DNA of 56,342 nucleotides, filler included, from Sphacelaria rigidula (taxonomy: Eukaryota), in assembly GCA_964200075.2 (NCBI GenBank). It is 5 parts of 5 records of this genome, joined end to end, with 100 filler letters (N's around TTAATTAATTAA, not from the genome) between each part and the next. Parts side by side here need not be neighbours in the genome. Positions count along the whole stretch, not along the records: positions 22,580 to 33,768 come from CAXNAA020005267.1; positions 33,869 to 45,055 come from CAXNAA020005268.1; 3 more parts are not named here. One strand, 5' to 3'. The first letter of the stretch is position 1, and the number at the start of each line of letters is the position of its first letter. Shown here piece by piece: positions 23,751-37,830 of this stretch. The notes beneath the pieces are model-generated. The model was not told the origin of the DNA. It saw nothing but the letters and a program-made list of their open reading frames with translations, and searched no databases. The translations under genes and the position numbers were made by a program.

Positions 23751-25249
23751 TGATGTACAGATAGTACGGCCGTAAGGAATGCACCCCCGGGCAGTGTGTG
23801 TGATGTGCGTAGAAGGCCTTCTGAGGGTTCTCTTGGAACCGACCGGATGGATCCTTTGTTTCTGACTGGCTAACTTAATTTTTCCATCAGGAAGAGCCAG
23901 GACACCTTTTGGGGAAGATTCCTATATGTTTTGTGAGCGATTCGCATCCCTATCCGTGGCAGTGCTCTGAACTGTATTGCTGCATTGCTGACTGTAGACG
24001 GTCTGGGGTATGCATGGACTGCACTTCGTCGATCGTGCGTGATTGATTTCGATTGCGTAAGTCATTCTCTACACCAACAACCAGCCCCCAAAATACTCCA
24101 GTGATTATCACTGAGCCTGGGACCCAAAAGCTATAATGCCATGAACGATGACCCAACACTCCCTCCAAAAACCAAGACTGAGGGGCGGTTTTGCTTGGTT
24201 CATTATCCATTTTACCTATTTTTTCTGTACGAGCATGGCTTCTACTTATACTATTATAAGAAGCTTGTACGATGCATCCAACACGCATGTTCGGCGGTGG
24301 GATCTTGGCCTACCCCGTAGGGGAAACATACGCCACACCGGCGGTGTGATGACTGAACACTTGAGAGGCTTCAAGTCTGACTGTACGAATTCTGTACAGG
24401 AAGAATTTTTGCGATTTTGTATGCCATGGTATATGAATCGATCTTGCCAAATGACATCACGCGAATGTGAAGATGCTGAACTGCACCAGGAAACTGACAT
24501 CCTAGAAATTGGCGATATGTACTTGAAGCATTTTATATCAGAAGTGATGATTGGTATACAATGCTATCGGCCGCACTTCACTCCGAGTGCTACTATTGGA
24601 CGAAACTGGCCCGACCATCGCGAGGTATCTGCTTTGTATGCGCATTTTTGTTTTTCGTTCAAGAAAGGAGGAAGCCTGACCCAACACTTACCCCGCAAGC
24701 GGGATCGTGTACCGATTACTCGGATGCTCGGCTAGACTGCCTCGCGGCAGTCATGTGGGGTAAGCGCCTCGAGCGTTTGCAGGCTCTGCTCAAGGCAGTG
24801 TGGGGTTCCGACCACTAAACCCCCCTGTCAACTCGGCGCAGTACACGCACCGCCCTACTCTCGAGAGCTTCGACGCGAGGCGCATCTTATAGGGTTGTAG
24901 ATGCTCCTTTGTCCCGCAAACGTAGGCGCCTGTGGGTAATGAGGCGTCTGACCCAGGGATGTGGAGGGGGGCAGTTCCGAAAGGGTAAACACGTCATTTT
25001 GACGGGTATGCTGGAATGTTTGTGAATGCGTAGTGACTGCATATATTGCTGATGTGATCACTCGTGCTGTTTTTGGTTCCTTCGTGGTTTCGTCGATCAT
25101 ACACGACGTATCTTTTCCGTGCAGATTTTTCCCCTCCCTGAAAGCAACTTCTCGAGCTCCCCCAAAGCCCATCCAACCGGCGTCCAACTAGACGTCTGCC
25201 TCAGTGGTCAAGCGGTTACGATACAGTATTATGATACACTGGTGTTGAG

Positions 25250-25612
25250 TGTTGACTCAGGTCCAGTTCAGCGTCACGCGGGCTACTTACTATGAACTAT
25301 TGGGCCGTCTCCGGTAAGGTGGTTACTAGGAACGCGTGTACGTTCGAACCTGGTGGAAGTTTACAAAGGTTTTGTTTTTACTGTGCACGCCCACGAGAGG
25401 TGCTCGTGGGGTGAGGAATTGAGGTCATGTATGTGTGTGTGCTGTCATCTCATCTATTCTGGACGCCAGTCTACACCTTTCGGTATATGTGGGTACATCA
25501 GCCGGGGTCACACAGGAGGAAGACCAACACAGGAGTTTTTGCTTCTTGTGTTGTTTTAATACTCTGCCTTCCCTCTGCGGTACTTGCCTTGTTTTTTTTT
25601 ACCGCGAGAAAG
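25250..25612 (+). repeat. SINE-like dispersed repeat
   Basis: B-box-like GTTCGAACC and body ...CAGCCGGGGTCACACAGGAGGAAG...CTGCGGTACTTGCC..., which resembles from memory an abundant brown-algal interspersed repeat. Confidence 0.4.
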
Positions 25613-25715
25613 GTTATGTACTGACATTAAACATTTCCATGATGCTACCGTTGTTTGCGCCATTGTGGTGACGAAATGTGCCATCATCTGCTGCCATTAT
25701 GATCACCGGCGTTAG

Positions 25716-28700
25716 GTCGAAGACTTCGAGGTTGATATGGATCTCGACACGGAAAAGTTGGAGGTATTCGGCACCATCATCACACAGGTCAAGATGGAGG
25801 GACGGGTGCCGGCCTCCTCCCATTTGATATACGATTGCTCGCATGGGGAGTGGCTGCTGTCTCAGATCGCGTACGACCGCAAGATTCGCCTCTTCTCGAG
25901 CAAGTGCGGCCAAAACGACTCCGACTGTTGATATTACTACGTACGGTCCAGCAGATGCAAATAGTGCGGCGACAGTATGAGTGTCGCCGGTGCGCTTAAT
26001 TGCGTCTCATCACCTTCAGGCACAGGACATTGTGCGTTTCCGTATGCTGTGAACGCGTGTCGATGTTCCACTTGAATGCCTGACACAGGTTTCATATCTC
26101 CACGTCAACTTTGACGTCAATGAACAGCACGCGTTTTCTGTGCCGGGCGTTGTACGGTGGCGATCGGTTTTAACATGTCGCCATCCTCGTCGGCACCGTT
26201 GTTTATTCTGTACTCATTTCAGGTCAGTCAAGCAGATGAGCACGATTTCGGACATGTTGCCCGAGGGCTCGAGGTGAGTGGTGCCGACGCTACGCGGGTC
26301 AGAGTCTGTCCCTCAGCCAATAAGTCATTTCGATGAAGATCGGAATTCGTTGGCGACCATAAGACGCTACATTTCTGTCTTGAGTCGTCTTACGACGCAG
26401 CTGCTTCCGATTTCAGCGGGTAGTCGATACCCGCAACCATGTGGTCATTTGCAGTGAGCTGGGGCTTTTCTACCGCAGCATCATTGTCATCCTCCAATCA
26501 TTTGCATAGATGTGCTTCCTCTGTCCCCAGCCGTTGAGTCTTCTGTAACCCCGAGATCCTGTCGCCGTCTCTCTTCCTCTGAACCAAGCTTTATATTTTC
26601 GGGGGCGCTGATCCCGAAGCAAGTGAAGCGGCTGGTGAAAATGCGAGGCATCTCTGCTATCGTTGTAAGGGATGTGGAAGGTCCTGTAGCTCTCAGCCAG
26701 GCTCTTCACGAGGTACGCCGTATTTCACGTGTGGGTACGTACGTACCTGCGAGAGTCTCATTCTGTTTGCCCTGAGGGTTCTGTGGAACCAAAAGAAAGA
26801 AAGGCGTGGTTTGAGGGCGCTTGGGAAGGTATCAGCGCTCGCAAATTTTTGCTGCATGTTGTTTTCGGGTAGCTCGGCAGAGAAGCGTCAATCTATGAGC
26901 GTGTCCCAGTGTCTCACATTAGGATATGTCAAGGTATAAATCCGTGTGACCGGCAGGAACTAAAGCAAGGTAGAAAACAAACAGAGGTTCTGATGGAAAC
27001 CCAAGATTGGTCACGCCTCCTGGTACTACTTCGCTACAGTCATCGCGAGCGAGCAAAACCAAGCTAATCTCGCACGACTCACCAGAGCTGACAAGCTAGT
27101 GTAGAGGCATGCTGCAACTGCCTCATTAAATCCTTGTGGATGCTGCTGCAAGTTGTTGTGAATGAACAGGTTGAATCTAATGTTACGTCGTGATAGTGCT
27201 GGTGACACCTGACCCAGCTTCCTCTGCAAGTCTGAAAAACTTCAAGAAACTGCATTGGGTATCAGCAATCCCTCCCCCATGGTTGAGTCGCCACCGTTTG
27301 ACAGACGCTATCGCGCCATGTAGCATACTGCTTGCTGCTGCCCGACGTGTCCGCGTGAGAAGATGGTCGCTGATACTGTTTCACCTCTTGAGTGTACCTT
27401 ACTTGTGACCATGGGTGGACTCGTGGCTGATCAGTTGAGTAAATGTGCGACTCAATCAGTCAACCAATGAACCAATCAAGTGTCTGGATGTCTCGGTGAC
27501 TGAACGCCCGGTATAATGCGGGACAGTTAGTGCTGTCGGTGCTGCCTGGTTCGAGTTACCAGAAACACGAGTTGGAGATTTGTGGCTGCGAACGAGGGTG
27601 TCATCATGTGAGGTAGCTTCGGGTGTGGCGTGCATGGTAGGGGGAAATCTCTCTCGACCAAACTTCATTGCTTGAAACAACCGGCGGTGTATACCAGCAT
27701 CCGCGGCGCACAGCACACTGCTTACACCTGCGGCATGTTGTGTGAAGAGCGAGTGTGCGCTGATGAGTCTGTTGGTATCTATCAAAGCCTTCTCATATCC
27801 GTGCCCTTCTCCTCCCCCGTAATTTCTCCTTACGCTACAAGTTGCAACGACCTTTCGATGCTATACACGAGATAGCACCCCTCAGCTATAAGTTGTCCTA
27901 CCTCGACTCCAGCTCTGCAGAAGACACTGCAAGGCTAAAAATGTCGTGGACAGGTAGATTCTGCAACATGAACTACTGTACGGATTCCAATATGGGAGCT
28001 TGCAATCGGCACATGCGGAGTGTCCGGAAACTTTCCTCCATTGCAATATCCACTGTTTCAGCAGCTGCTACTGCTTGCAATGCGCTCGATGGGTGTCTGC
28101 ACCGTCTCCTTCACCGTAACTACCGTAGCTGTGCCAGGGGACGGAGACGGGAAACCGCGCTTGGTGTGGATACGCGAAAGGAGATGCCGCACATCCACAA
28201 CATTGCAGTACAGTAGGTAATTCGCTCCCAATAACGTTTGCTCTGCGGCCGCTTTTCTCCTTGCAATCGTCCAGGAAAACGTTGCTATCATATTGGTCTC
28301 TCCATGCATCATTCTTACAGCACCTGTTGTGACTTCGTTGTAGTTTCACCATCTATCTGTACAACACCTTGTGATTTCCTCAGCTCCCAGGGGTACCTGC
28401 ACTCGTTGCGGCGCATCATCTCTTCTCACACGAGAGGAATTTGTCGTGTTCAGGGATAAGAAAACTTACACCTGCAGCACATGACTGAGTGGCGCTTATT
28501 TTGTGCGCAGGTACATGCACGAGTTCTACTTCGAACTGTCCCTCCTGAAAGTCTGTTAGACACTGGGAATGATCGCTCAGCGCCAACCTAACGACAGAAT
28601 TCCAACAAAATTCGGGATATGTAAATTCAGGAGCGAGATCGATTAGCGGCGAAAGGTCTCTCGAAAGTCAGCGAGTCACGAGAGCGTTTCCTACTGGAGA

Positions 28701-30476
28701 AAGGCGGCGGTGAGGGAGGAGCCAATGAGCAAGGACCTCTTGGCACCATCGCAACCGGGCTCGGTGTCTTCGTACGAATAGAAAAGGGTCAACAGCCGCG
28801 AGAAGTGATCGAGACAATTAACATGATTAACAGTAGGTAAGGATGGGATGACGTTACTGTTGTCACGACTATTGAATTCTGAAATTATGTCACCATCAAC
28901 TCCAAGTCGGGTGGGCGAATGGCGCTGTTTCACCCCTCAGAGAGGACAGCTCGCTCGAAACATAGCTATCGCCCCACCGCGTCATCGACGACCCTGTAGC
29001 GACATGCGCTTGGTGTTTGACACACGGGGGAAGGGTAAGGTCGAGTTCCTCCGTCTTTGAGAGTTGTATAACGTTTGTCTCATATTTCCTTGTACTTATC
29101 TAGTTCTGTAGCACGACGGCAGGGTATCGAATATCACCCATCACGCCCTCTCCATGTGTGCGCCCTATCATCCACAGGTGCGACAATCTCGAGGTTGTTG
29201 GACTCTGGGGAGGGGACTTGAAGGAAAATGCATGCCTGCAACTGGTGGAGGCGGTGCGAGCAGAAGCGGGTTTGTCCAACCTGCGGGTGAGACCACTGTT
29301 CTGTACCATGCTTCAGATTCCCTCCTTGTTCATCGCCGGGGGTTTTGGCAGCTGAGTTATGAGCTTTGTCGTGGACTTATACGTGAAACGGACGGATGAC
29401 CTCGCCTATCCCGTGACGCCAGATAAGGTAACGAGAGGCCATGTAGAGAACTGAGCGAGTAGGTTCTCCCGTTCCACCCACGATCGTTTTCATGTTTGTT
29501 CTTGCTCTGCCAACCAGGTTGTACTAGACCATAAAGGACCGTCGAGTGCAAAATGGTTCGAAGGACTACAAAGTAAGAGACGAGGGCCGATCATGTGGAC
29601 CTTCGAGTACGCGTTGTGACGTTGAGCTCATCGCGATTCAATGAAGCTTTCTGCTTCGTGCCGGCGGCATTGGGCAACGAGTGGATCATCCGAGCCGTGT
29701 CGTGGGGAGTTTCAATGCGCTCTCGACGTGTTCAAGGGGGGACTCATCCCGACAAACTAAGCACACACAATCGATGACGTCCCCAGTCTGCTAGTGCAAG
29801 GTACCTTTCCCGGCCGTTCAACTGAAGACGACGCCCGTGTCTGTTATGGAGAAAATGCTTCAAGTCATGTGTACGGTTCCAACACTTTTGCTGCGAGGAG
29901 GTCTCAAATCAATTAAAACGAATACAATTTTTGGCGGGCCAAAATCGCCGCGATACACCACGCCTATTTTCATGAACAGTTGAAGGGTATTTGGGTGAAC
30001 GCGTAGTAGTGAAGATAGTGATGTACTATTTGAAACAGTGTATGAGGAGCATGGAGTTTTCACACGAAGAGGAGTGCGTGTATGCTGGGGGAGGGATTGC
30101 TGATTGGTCAAGGACCGTCGCAGCTTAACAAAATTCGGGAAGTCTTCATCGTCATGGTTGAAGCAAATGAGTGGTGGACGGGATTTTCAGTGCTTAGGAT
30201 CTAGATGTTTTTACCACCCAGGAGGCAGCCAGCACAATGAGCGCGAGTGCGCTATCTACAGAGAAAGTATTGGCCAAAATAATTCAAACCCCTTCTGGTG
30301 GAGAACAGATGGTGAGGCTCCTGCCAACCCTCGGAGTTAATTCGACACAGGAGAGAGTCCGGGCCTCGAAAGCTCTCCCTGGCGAATTCACGCTCAGGGT
30401 GACTGACTACTGTGCGGGAAAGGCCAGCATCGTCAGGTTTTGCCATACTGGCTGTCAAATGAACCAGCGAGCGTAA
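25716..30476 (+). pseudogene. Degenerate multi-exon gene with LRR-like segments
   Basis: AG/GT-bounded candidate exons 25716-25940 (in-frame TGA), 26223-26273 (VSQADEHDFGHVARGLE), 26531-26712 and 29178-29286 (CDNLEVVGLWGGDLKENACLQLVEAVRAEAGLSNLR, RI-type LRR-like). Phases are not all compatible. Confidence 0.4.
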
Positions 30477-30569
30477 TTTGCGTTCGTAGACAACACAAAC
30501 AGGCAAAAGGATTTCCGGATTCCACGACGCCAAAGATGCATTGCACTGTGGGATGGCAGTGACGCGCTA

Positions 30570-31017
30570 CGGTAGGGGTGCACGATGTTTTTTAATGTTC
30601 GAATTGCCTGGAGTCCTTTATTCAACTCTTACAAAAACTTATCATGAAATATGTGAGAACGCATGGCGATTAGCATTCCAATGTGCTCGGGACATTCCTA
30701 GTGAGTTTCAAAATGGCATACCCCGACTCACATTATTTTTTGTTTACTTCATGCCTTCGGGAGCCCCTGGGAACAATGCTACGGTAGGGGTGCACTTTTT
30801 TTCGCGAAACCATGTCTAGTTCAGGGGCTCCCAACGATTCTAGATGGACACAGAAATGGGTGAAGGCATCGCTGTTTGCGATTTCACTCGGGGTATCCCC
30901 AGCACATTGGAGTAGTGATCCTGGCGTACCTTCCCACTTTTTCGTAGGTAGTGTTTAGCATGAGATCAAGGGCTCCTAACAATTCTAACCTTGGAAAATA
31001 TTTGTGCACCCCTACCG
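30570..31017. mobile_element. Tc1/mariner-like MITE (TA TSD) with an extra internal left end
   Basis: TA|CGGTAGGGGTGCAC at 30570 and 30782; GTGCACCCCTACCG|TA ending at 31017. Confidence 0.8.
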
Positions 31018-33768
31018 TAGTTTCACTCCTGGATAAAAAAGATCTGGGCCCGACTGTGCAAACCCTACCTTGGCGTGACTTCGGTACGCCAAGCTCTCCT
31101 GTTGACTTGGATTGAGGCCTTTTTTGTGTACAAGCTGATAAGACGAGAACAAAACCGCCGTTATCATGACTACTTTTGGACTTGAAGCAAAGGTCTGTCG
31201 AAACCAAAATCTGGACACCTAGGTCCCAAGATCGTACAATTGTTTTTTTTTTTGGGGGGGGGGGGCACCCAGCCTCCTGTCCCTTAGTTTACTGCCGAGG
31301 TGATGGCGAATGCGGTCAGCCGCCGTGTACAGAGATTCTTGGCATGGAGACTAATGAGATGACGGACACGCCCCCCCAACTCATCATTCACCATGATTAT
31401 ATTCATGGGATCATATTCCGTTTCGTATGCCTCGAGTGCCGACCAGTAGTCCGGGCAAGTTTGGCGAGGTGTGAGATAATGTTGCTACTTTGGCTACAGG
31501 CTTGTGTACATACATGTGTCTGAGCGTGGAAATGAGGCATCCGAGGTCATCGCGACAGAGCGGGAAATGAGCAGAAGCAGATCAAAAATACAAACCTCGC
31601 ATAACCCACCAGACTTTCCTGTTTTTATTAGTCTTTCGTCGTCGATTTCTTCAACATTATCAACACAGAACATATGAATATTGACAATTTTGAAAAAAAT
31701 GCCCCCCGGGAGGGGGCGGGGCTTCATGTCCGAAAATCTTCTCCCGACAAACCCTTGGTTGAACCGTGCTTTCGCTCTGCACTTGATTGAGTCGTGTATG
31801 TTTGGTCCCTGCTTTTGTGCTGCTCCAATGCACACAAAAAACTACTGGCAGTGTTACGGCAATTCCGGTGTATCTCGGTACAGTGCTTGGCGTCTCCTGA
31901 GCATGTTGTGATAGAGCGCTGCATATACATTTCTTCGAGTACAGTACGGCTGTTCCCGCCTTGTCATTGCACAGTACAGTTCATACCGCTGCGGTGTCCG
32001 CCACACTGCAATGAGTGCTCTACTGTTGTAGGTTGGGCATAGACCCTCCCTGCATTTGAATGGGCGAGCTAATTCTCATGCTTTCTGACCCTCCCTCCTG
32101 TGTGCTGCGAGAAGGTCCATTCACACGGCAACACAGTGATGCAATTTCGCGATTACTGCCACGAGTGCGATAAGAGCACGGTTTTGAACGTCTCGAGTAT
32201 GTTTCTCCGTACCCTCGAAGTGTGCAGGTCCCCTGTTTACCCCCGGGCCTTCAATCCAAAGTACTGTTTCGAGACAAGACTCTTAACTTAGCCGAAGTAA
32301 ATCCTCCGACCGACCATCGCAATCTAATATACTTCTGGTGTGTTGCTGGTGGTCCCGGGAGATTTTGCAGGATGGTTGTGCACGGGCATGGATGGGCGTT
32401 AGAGGGATCTGGGTGGTTGGATAGAGATGCTCGGAACTGAACATGTTCGCCAATAAGAGTGCAGCAGCCTTTTGCCATGTATGAGCCTGAGGGTTGCACC
32501 TTTTCCCCCTTCGTGCATGGCTCAGTTGCGCTACGGATTTGAAAAATGAAGAAATTATTAAATACACGACTGCATGTACCGATGGCGTGATCGCCGCTTA
32601 TTTCGATCTCCGCACGTTACGGGTAACGTGTCTCATCATGGCTCACGCGCAAAAAACTGTGACACATGTGTGCATGCCACGGTCTTTTCGGGCACAATCC
32701 CGGTTAGAACGTTCGCGTTACATCTGCAGCAAATATAACTATTCCTATTCCCCCCTTGACAGCCCGCCCGACTGGTGCCCGTCCAACTACGGCCCGCGGC
32801 GGTGGAGGAGTGAAGAGACACATTTGCCTCTCTGGATATGAAAAAAAATGCACTTGCCTGGTGAGCAATGTGTGGAGACTAGTTTATATACACGATATCT
32901 AAAACCTAGGTCTTTGTCACGAGGAGCGAGCCATGAGCGGTTCCAGCCAGTACGTGGACATTTGAATTGCTGTGTCAAGTGCCGTTACACTGCACTCCGA
33001 AATTTTATTTCGTCGCCAAACTGCCCGCTGCGACATCCGCTCGGATGAGAAAGTACAAGGAGAATACAACGTGTCGTATCTACCCCACGCCATCACCAGT
33101 GCAAGGCCCAACTTCCCGCCTGTAGGAAGGGATGAGCGAAATATGCTCCGACGGTGCCACCTGCAGGCAAGCATTAGAGATAGTTTCAAATCGGTCAGGC
33201 TACCCAAGGGATATCGCCCAACTTCATGGCGCGCGCGGCATGGATGGCTGCTGAAAAAAATAGCCTTTGTCGTAACCCAAAGTTCTAAATTCAGGCAGGG
33301 GGCATACACAGAAAGGCCTTCGTAATGAGAACATTGGGTAGAAGTGTACCCCTCACCAGCACGGTTTGATTTTCCAGCAGACATGCCACGAACTAGTGAA
33401 TCGTTAATATTCACTATGATGTTGCCTTCCACCCTCACGAATCACAAGCGAAGCACTCACCGACAATAACGAGGTACGGTCCTCTGGCAAACTCCTTCCA
33501 GTAGTCTGCAGGTAGCTTCTGTCTGCCCTCCCATACCGCCTGCAAGTTGCACATCGGGCGACGAAATCGGTCACCACCAGTCTCTTCCATAAACCATGCA
33601 CAACAGGGTATGTATCTGCAAGTTCTGTACGAAGGTACTCTGAACGCGTACATGCACACGCAGGCAAGGATGCACGGTTAGAACAAATCATCACGACTCA
33701 ACATCACCAATCCATGATTTCTTCGGCCTGATTGCCCAAAAAGAAGAAAAAAGTTGATCGCTGGTCCA

Positions 33769-33868
33769 NNNNNNNNNNNNNNNNNNNNNNNNNNNNNNNN
33801 NNNNNNNNNNNNTTAATTAATTAANNNNNNNNNNNNNNNNNNNNNNNNNNNNNNNNNNNNNNNNNNNN
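33769..33868. other. Artificial contig linker
   Basis: N44-TTAATTAATTAA-N44. Confidence 0.98.
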
Positions 33869-36800
33869 CCCCCCCCCCCCCAACTAAAAACACAGACACT
33901 TTTCCCCCCCCCCCCCCCCCCCCCTTTCGCACGATACAGAGCTTCACTTCATTTCCCGGTCCCCTGATTCACACCGTACGATTCCCGACATCGTTTTCCT
34001 CAACTCCTGAATCGTACGATACAAATGTTCCCAACATTTACTTGTATCTTGTTTCGCACGGTACAAATCTTCTCGGCAGTTCTTTTGCCCTCCATCCCTA
34101 CTGCACCGCTCCTCCCAACATTTTGTCTGCCCTTCACTCCTACCATGCGGCCGTCTCCAATATCCCCTCCCCTGCGCTTGGTTCGTAGTGCACGAATCTT
34201 CCCAACCCCTTGCCTAACCTCGACTCATACCGCACAAATATTTCCATCTTCTTGGCCGTCGGTTGAATCGTACTGTACGACTCTGTCAATCTTTCCCCCA
34301 AAATTTGGATGAGGTTTGATTCCTTCAGACTACCGACTTATTCTGAGGACGGAGAGGTGAGCGGGGGGTAAGGGAAAAGGGGTGCCCTCATGATATTGCA
34401 TGCTCTAGTTATACGACTATTGACCTCACATCCCTACACAGCCGGGACGAAGCACGCCCGTTTGACGCCGGACCAGGCTCCCTACATTTGGGTCGTGGGG
34501 TGCGACTATTTCCAGCATTTACTCCACCCTCGCCTCATACCATACCGCACGACTCTTCTCACCACATCTCTTCTTGACCTGATTCCTACTATAGAATAGT
34601 TCGATAGCACAAGTCGTTATCATTTTCTACTTGTGTTGACTCACGCAGCGTAGTTTACGTTGTATGTTTCCCCACTATTTATCCGTACCGAATGTTTTGA
34701 ATGCATGTCCTCTCAACCAAGATTTGTACGGGACGAAGCGTACGCATCACTGTTCGTCCTCCGCATGAAAAGATTCAGTACGAGCAAAGATAACCGCACG
34801 GCCGAGCGCAGCTCGTACAAAGCTTGTCGTATCTATGGAACGTGTGGTTTCGAGGCATTTAGTCTACGGAAACGAAGTCGCTTGTAGACCCGGCCCCAAA
34901 CTCGTAGGTATTACTCAGGGCGACATGGCTTTGTACTGGCTGTGTACTCGGTAGTGTACGTTGGTATACACAGTGTTCACTGAATGACACCAAGTTCTGC
35001 TGTACGCTTTCACAGTACTTTCAGAGGGGTGCGCTTGCGCACACTAGCCCATTTTCAGGACTAGAAAATGCCAAAACCGCACGATCTTTAAAATGACATG
35101 TGCGGCGTGATCAGTTCCAGCGAACATTGTGTTTGGTTCCCGTTTGCTCACCATAAGGCGAGAATAAATATAAAGAAAACGGTTTCTCGCCGGGAAGTTG
35201 GTGACAAAATACGAGGACTGTGTTTTGCTTCACCATTATTAAGAGCACTACCAAACGACAAATGTAGGAATAGCAATAACTGGAAGTTTTCCGGGTCCTC
35301 GCGGCTCTGAGAAATCGTTCTCCTTCCGTAACGACAACAAAAGCGCTACTAATTGATAGCATAGCTCTCGTACGGGAAACTGAAGATAGAGGATGGGACA
35401 AGCGTGGGAGAACGAGTCGTGTTTTCATGGGAATCGTATCCGTTCTTGACAGATGTAAAATGAGATGTGTGCTAGATGCCACGTAGTCAATCATGCTCAC
35501 AACTGGCGTATCAACTATACCCTGTGAATATGATTTCCACCGACGAACGCGTGCATACATGAGCAGAAAAAACAAGTGCACCAAGTTTGTTTCACGAAAG
35601 TTGACGCGATGCGGGAGCGCTAACCCATCCCGTAAGACCAAGATGCAAGGCGTGTACGGGGGAGAGATGGGTTGACCCCTTCAGACCACGGACTTGTCGC
35701 GAGGAAGGTGGTGGCTTCAAAGTGCAGCGATGAGGAAAAGGTAACGATAACAGCAGCAGGATGCTTGCTAAAAGACGGAACATAATAGCTGAACAGAGGA
35801 AAGAGCAGAGGGTGGACACTAGATTCAGCTGCTCAAACGTCTTATTGGATTCAAAACACCAGTACACCCGTAGTACTGTGGCAAGTAGCCGGTAAGAGCC
35901 TAGTTCATAGCCAAACACTTGTTTAATCAGGTGAGTTCCCTATAACTTTGTTCGTATATCCCCTAAGTTTCGCCTACGCAGGGCGCGGCCTCCGGGGGGC
36001 GTCCGAGGAACCACTTTTGCGTGATTTGGGGCAACCTTGCGCGCTGCTTTTGCGGATACGGTCTGAAGTCGATTGGGAGCGATTCAACTAAATATACATA
36101 TACATATTGACGCACACTACACACGCCACCATGAAGACGTCGACAAGAGTCCGCTACCCAGGTAAAGCGCACCCCCCCCCTCCCCTCGGATCCACGCCTG
36201 AAAGCGTCCTGATCGTAGTCCCTAACACCGTACGTAAGAAAAGCAAACATGTGGGGCATGACATGACAGTCCTGTGGTGGGTTAAGGGCATCGCAGTCCT
36301 TCTATGTACGTCGCCCTCCCACACACACCATCAGCACTAAGCGAGCGAAGGGGATACTCTATTGTATAGGAAGACTGCCGATGTAACCCAAATAAGCCGG
36401 ATCTCGACAAAACACAGCGGTATAGACTGACTTCGGTATGGTGCGACCTCAGGCAAAACCGAATGCCCGAAACACATCTCAAGACGACCACCTGTGGAAT
36501 ACTCATCGTCAAAATAATATTAATCAGGCAACTCAAATACACCGACTAGCTCAGATCCACTCTCCGTGCCTAATATGGTACATGGTGGAGTTCACATCTG
36601 CTTCTCCCTGTTCCCACGAAGTGGTCCAGAAACTCCATTTGTTGCGCCCTTGGCCATTGTCATCATCCTGCTCGCTCCCCTTGCTCAAGACGTTTTTTGC
36701 GGAGTTGCTGCTGCTGCTACTGCCGCTGTCCCCTGCTCCGCTGTACGCCCTGAATTGTTTCATCGCACAAAGTATCGGTGTTGGGCACATTCGTGATACA

Positions 36801-37269
36801 CACACATATATCATACATAGCACATGTCAAGGATACTATCGCCCGGAGACAACCAGGGCTCACATGTGACTGCGTGTGTGATCCGCTTATTCCCTTTTCC
36901 CTCGTGCTTATTGTCATGCGCAGGCGCTTTCGTGAATGGACGAATCGCGGTAATCCCTATCGTCGAGTACTTGATAGTCTTTCCACACTACTGTATACAG
37001 AGTTGATGGTTGTGGGCTCTAAACAAAAAATCTATTCCATGACGTGAACGAGACGGAATAATGTAAGATGTGTTCCCCTAGCGTCATTATGGACGGATCT
37101 ATTTTGTTCCACGAGATACTCGATTTTTTCGAGATCAAACGTTTTCTCCGAAGAAATATGAGAGCAGAATTCTCAACTAGGTCAGGCAGTAAATCAATTC
37201 CAGACTGACGGCAGATTTCTTCGAAGCTCTAGAGTCGGGATTAATTTTCAGCAAAACCAACATGGAGCG

Positions 37270-37830
37270 GTCGGGGGAGAAGTCCAAGCTTTTCGAAAAA
37301 AGTCGAAAAAAAGTGATTGAAAAAAACGATAATGAGACTGAACCTCTAGACCGTTTTTAACGATTGGTGTTTGTGAGGAGGGGGGCGCTTGTCCCCGTTT
37401 GCGGACATTCGATGCAGTATTTTTGGCACCCAAACAGGGAACATCGTCATCACTTGTCTTGGACACTTTGCGTTACCCCACCACGAGCAGGTTAGATTCC
37501 TAGCAACCCCCGAAAAAAATACAGCTGAGCTGAAAAACAGGCGGTACCTGCGGTGTATTTTCACTACAAAATACCTTACAAATTTCGGAGCCAAGCGAGC
37601 TGAAATAAATGGGCGAAAACCCTCCGTGGTTGGGTGATGCAAAAGGTCCTATACATTTGATGGCGACATTCCCTGTTTGAGGGCCATAAACCGCGTCAAA
37701 TATCCCACAACTACAACAAAAACCCTGAGAAAAACGACTGTGAGAAACGGCGTCGTGCGGCACTTTTTCTCAAATGGTTTTGTGTAATTTCCCCGAAAAA
37801 GGGCGATTTTTCCCGACTTCTCCCAAATAC
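37270..37830. mobile_element. Old fold-back/MITE-like element
   Basis: GGGAGAAGTC...GACTTCTCCC ends; degenerate internal inverted arms (~37400-37485 vs ~37620-37705); related sequence at ~9060-9165. Confidence 0.6.

Noticed and set aside
24148-24818. Open frames with possible splice sites
   Set aside because: No recognisable domain and an inconsistent exon chain.
32917-33694. Possible hAT-like transposase remnant
   Set aside because: Only vague motif resemblance (PADYW, SSER); cannot be supported without a search.
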